DNA from: Raillietiella orientalis
Lineage: Eukaryota
DNA length: 64,000 bases
Assembly: GCA_036172245.1 (NCBI GenBank)
Contig: JAYWIR010000006.1
Span: forward strand, 1,302,001-1,366,000
Reading direction: 5' to 3'
The notes beneath the pieces were generated by a model. It did no database searches and was not told the DNA's origin. It saw only the letters and a program-made list of their open reading frames with translations. A program made the translations under genes and the position numbers. The stretch's first letter is position 1. The number at the start of each line of letters is the position of its first letter. Shown here one piece after another: positions 60,401 to 64,000 of this stretch.

Positions 60401-63400
60401 CCGCAATGCAACCAGCAGAGCCTGGACTGCTGGAGAGTGCGGAGTAGGAGCCACCGTAGGGCCAAAAGTGGAGCTTCCTGGAGGAGGAAGGCAGCGTTTT
60501 TCAGACTCGGAGAACAGCGTCGTGTGCGTGGGCAGTTCCCCCCCCCCCATTTGAAACACTGGGGGGGGGGGATAATCAGGCAGCAGCGACGAGTACACCT
60601 ATTTGGAGCCGACTTTTCGTTTTGCGTCCCTTGGAGCTCGTGAAAGCGGAGTGCAAACACAACGAGCTCAAAAAGAAAAAGAAAATCCTCGTCCCCCGCG
60701 TTCATGCATGTGTGTATGTGTGTCTTCTTGAGACCATTGTTCTTCATGTCTACGGGACAATGCCCGGGGCTCGTTTCGTACCTTGTACAAGCAGTGTGTA
60801 ATGGAAGAGCCCGTTTTCCTTTGACCTTACGATCACCCATGAGCGTAGGTGCGTTAAAGGATGAATAATTAATAGGCACGAATACTTCCGGTTGCCGCAG
60901 CACCCCACGAGAACACGCCGAAGTCCGGCTGGCCGAGACCAAGAGGGTTCCGGTACCCAAGCGCGACCACGGTGAACCGTGGAGGGCGAGTGTTCAGCAT
61001 CCAGATAAAGGACAGGTAGCTGGACACGGGCAGCTGAGACGCTTCCCATTTCCGGAGGTGGGGGGGAGGAGGGGAAGAGCCCTCACGACAGCTGAACAGC
61101 ACAACTGACAGCCATTACGATCGGCATTCTTAATTCCAAATGCTATTCCAAGTTTCCGTCCTCTTCGTGCGCTTCGGTCTTGCGACTTCCCTCTGGGCTA
61201 CTTGGGTCATCGAAACCACTGAGGCCTTCAGATGAAAGCGCTAAGCACGCCCTACAGATCGATGGAAGCAACACCGTTTGTTTCATCCTCTTTCCCTTGT
61301 TCTGCCTTGTACGCATTTGCATACTCTCACTGTACAGCTGCGTCGTCTGAACTGATGTTGGCGCTCGTTCCCAACTGTACAACTCTTATCCTTTTATCTC
61401 ACTTCGTTTTTTTTTTTTTTTTTTTTTCCGTTTTCCTTTCCTCCTTCCCTACTTGAACGAGAGCAGGAAACAACGGACTGGTTGTTGATACATTGAACAC
61501 GGAAATCATCTCAATGTTAGCAGTGTCCAAGGAATGCACACTTTGCACACCGAGTTGCCTGAGAGTTCGTCCCTCGGTCAAACTTCAGCTCCGCTTTCAA
61601 GGTGAAGTGCACCGAATTCTCGTGGCGCTTCGAACGCTTCGCTTTGGCGCCATCGGGAATATGCAATTCACAGCTGAGGACAAGGGAGCGAAGACTTTTT
61701 GCAAAGTTGTTGCTTTACTGATTTCCGTTTCTCTTTATGGATGTTCGGATTCAGATCGTTCCGGAGGCAGTCGCTCCGAGAAGATTTTATAGCTTCTCCG
61801 AGGAGTTAAATATTAACAAGAGGATCGTATACGCTTGTGATGGATGTCCTGAGCCATCCATCTTTCCAGCTATCTGCCTGCACTGTGATTTGGCCATCAG
61901 TTACGCCTCCATTATTTCGTCATTGCATTTCCCATAGCAAGAATTTTGAATGTGTTGCCATTATCAGTGTACGAACTCGGATGGTTCGGGAGAACGGTCT
62001 CCATCAACCGCGAGAGGGACACCATTCGAGAGCTATCAACCAACAAAAGAATGGCCAATTTTCTCCATCCAGAGAAAAAGTACGTAGTAACGCTGCAAGC
62101 GTCTTCCCGTTCCTGGGAACCTCCCGGAATTCGCGAGATGCACTCTTCTTCCCCTCTTCCCGGTCTCGCGATTTCGCAAAAGCGATCGCGCGCGTTGGCC
62201 CTGAGATCCGAAAGGGATGTGGCCAGCAGACTCGGCAGATTTCCTTGAGCGCCGCCGACCAGGTGTTCAGAAGATCCCCACACGGCAGTTGGTCAGAAGA
62301 TAAAGGGAAAGCAGCAGCAGCAGCAGCAGAAGAAGAAGAAGAAGAAACCTGCGACACACGTTTGGGTTCAGAACGTTACGAGTCGGCAGTACAAGAAGCA
62401 GGCCGAATAAACAGATATGTGAATTGAAGGTGAAAGCAGTCACCGAGGGGAACGATGAGGCTTCCGGTCTGCAGCCCGCAGAGGAGAGAGCTTCGTAGCG
62501 GAAAGCGCACTTTCTGAAAGAACCTTTCCAGCTCTCCACGTCTCCACGGCGTGGAGTGGATGGGGGATCACCCACTCTCTTTCTTTTGCTGGCATTTGGC
62601 AAGGCATCGCGTCCTCTTAGCGCTCTTGGAGGAAGGGCAACGGAGCGGAAAATCTGCCCCCCCACTGATGCGCCCAGCTCCGACGCAGCGAACAAAGCGC
62701 CCCTCTCTCTGTCGGTTTACCCTGAATTCTGCTTTCTTGGTCTTCATGTCTGCCCAAACCATCGCTCTTCTCAGGCACAGATGCTGTCGTGACGCAGGAA
62801 AAAGAGAGAAACATTGGTGCTAGGCTCCGGGAGGGTTCGATCCTACTGTAGCGAGAGGTGGGATCACCGTTTGCAGAGTCATCGGCGGGCGCTCCCTACG
62901 CCCTCCGCTCGTTGCACACCCGAGGGCGCGAATCCCTCGACAGCAAACTGCCCCCCGGTAGACGCAGTTTGCGTTCAAATCGACTCAATCCTTGGAGTAT
63001 CTGACAGCCGCCGCCGAGCGTGCGGCAAGTCGTGCAATATGGTGGCAGTCGTGCAGTACGATCACTGGTCCGGTCATCGGACCAGGGGGGCAGGTGCGCG
63101 TCCACCTAAGAGAGTCCATCCTCTTAGGATGATGGGAGCGAACTGGATCCTTCCACGAGCGCGCCTGAGAAAGAGTGTTCTCGTCGACAGATAACAGTTG
63201 AATGACAGCTCCCGCGCCCCCTGAGATGGCTGGAGCACATTGTTGCGACTCCATCCCATCCCCCTCCCCCATTTCTCCCCTCGGGGTTCGCTCGTTCCTG
63301 GAATTCGAACTCCTCAAATGCTGATTCCTGGAGCGTCCCGTGGGACTCTTGAAGCGGGATGAGGGTTTTGAGAGCTTCCGAGGAGAGCCGCGCGCTCTCT

Positions 63401-64000
63401 CGTGGAAAAGCCTCCAAGTGATTGTAGCACCTTCTCGAAGGGAGGATCATGCCGGTGGCACGACATCCTCTCGAAAACGACGTATGTCATCACCCGCCTA
63501 CTCGAGAGCTGCAGGTCGAAGCCACTATGGGAAGGGAAGAAACAGCCGGTTTCGGAAGAAGTGCGGGATACGGGAGCGAGATAAGATATGATCCCATTTT
63601 CGTTCGCCCGTTCGCACCCTCCTTGTCCCATCCAGCCCCGATCTCTTTCTTTCAATTGGACCAGGAAGCATCCATTCGGCTTGAGGAGAACTCGCTTTCT
63701 CCTTGTCCCGCTGATGCTCTCTTCCATCACCGCATCCAAGGAAGCGCTTCCTTGGATGCGGAAATGGAAGCGAGCTCTCTTCTTTGGATCGTGAGCGCTC
63801 GTGAAAATTCGTCGCTCCACCAGAGCATCTCGAAGCCTGCCAGCGAGCGCAGCTGCCGATGCCGACACTTTGCTGACACTTCCTCCTCCTTCCCTTCTCT
63901 GTCACGAACCGTAAGGTTGTGTCTGCCACTCGAATGGTCCGCCACCTCCATCCTGCAGGCAAGGACCAGAGGACGGCGCCGTCATCTGTTTGGCACCCCG

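Noticed and set aside
59945..62843. Pol III B-box-like GGTTCGATCC at ~59952-59961 (-) and 62834-62843 (+)
   Set aside because: No T-stem pairing, A box or cloverleaf.
8600..63962. Hundreds of long overlapping ORFs (up to 441 aa) in the supplied track
   Set aside because: Expected from stop-codon scarcity in GC-rich DNA; R/G/P/S/A-rich, overlapping in all frames, running through homopolymers, with no recognisable domains.
1..64000. CRISPR arrays, rRNA, telomeric arrays, intact retroelements
   Set aside because: No regularly spaced repeats, rRNA similarity, TTAGGC/TTAGGG arrays, or RT/integrase ORFs were seen.

Overview
Eukaryotic (invertebrate animal) genomic DNA in two very different compartments. 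(1) 1-7.6 kb is AT-rich and gene-dense. It holds the 3' end of a Nup107 nucleoporin gene and a six-exon portion of a USP10 deubiquitinase gene, both on the + strand. Most introns are only 45-50 nt; one 1.7 kb intron may carry a decayed pogo-like transposase. The USP10 gene body is strongly CpG-depleted while its 5' region is CpG-rich. (2) From ~7.6 kb, and fully from ~13 to ~60 kb, the DNA is GC- and CpG-rich with many homopurine/homopyrimidine runs, and I could not recognise any protein family there; the hundreds of overlapping ORFs look like composition artefacts. This block contains two 5'-end fragments of U2 snRNA (12161-12188 +, 57335-57368 -), an apparent excess of RFX/DAF-19 X-box-like palindromes, AT-rich islands packed with homeodomain-type motifs, a diverged local duplication (~47.1-47.5 kb vs ~50.5-50.9 kb), a purine/pyrimidine fold-back, a pre-miRNA-like hairpin and a weak hammerhead candidate. 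The simplest reading is a large regulatory gene desert or giant intron next to methylated housekeeping genes. Tiny introns would fit a compact genome such as an early-branching nematode, but the taxon cannot be fixed from sequence alone. All counts are manual and GC levels are visual estimates. I found no evidence of a new multi-gene system.
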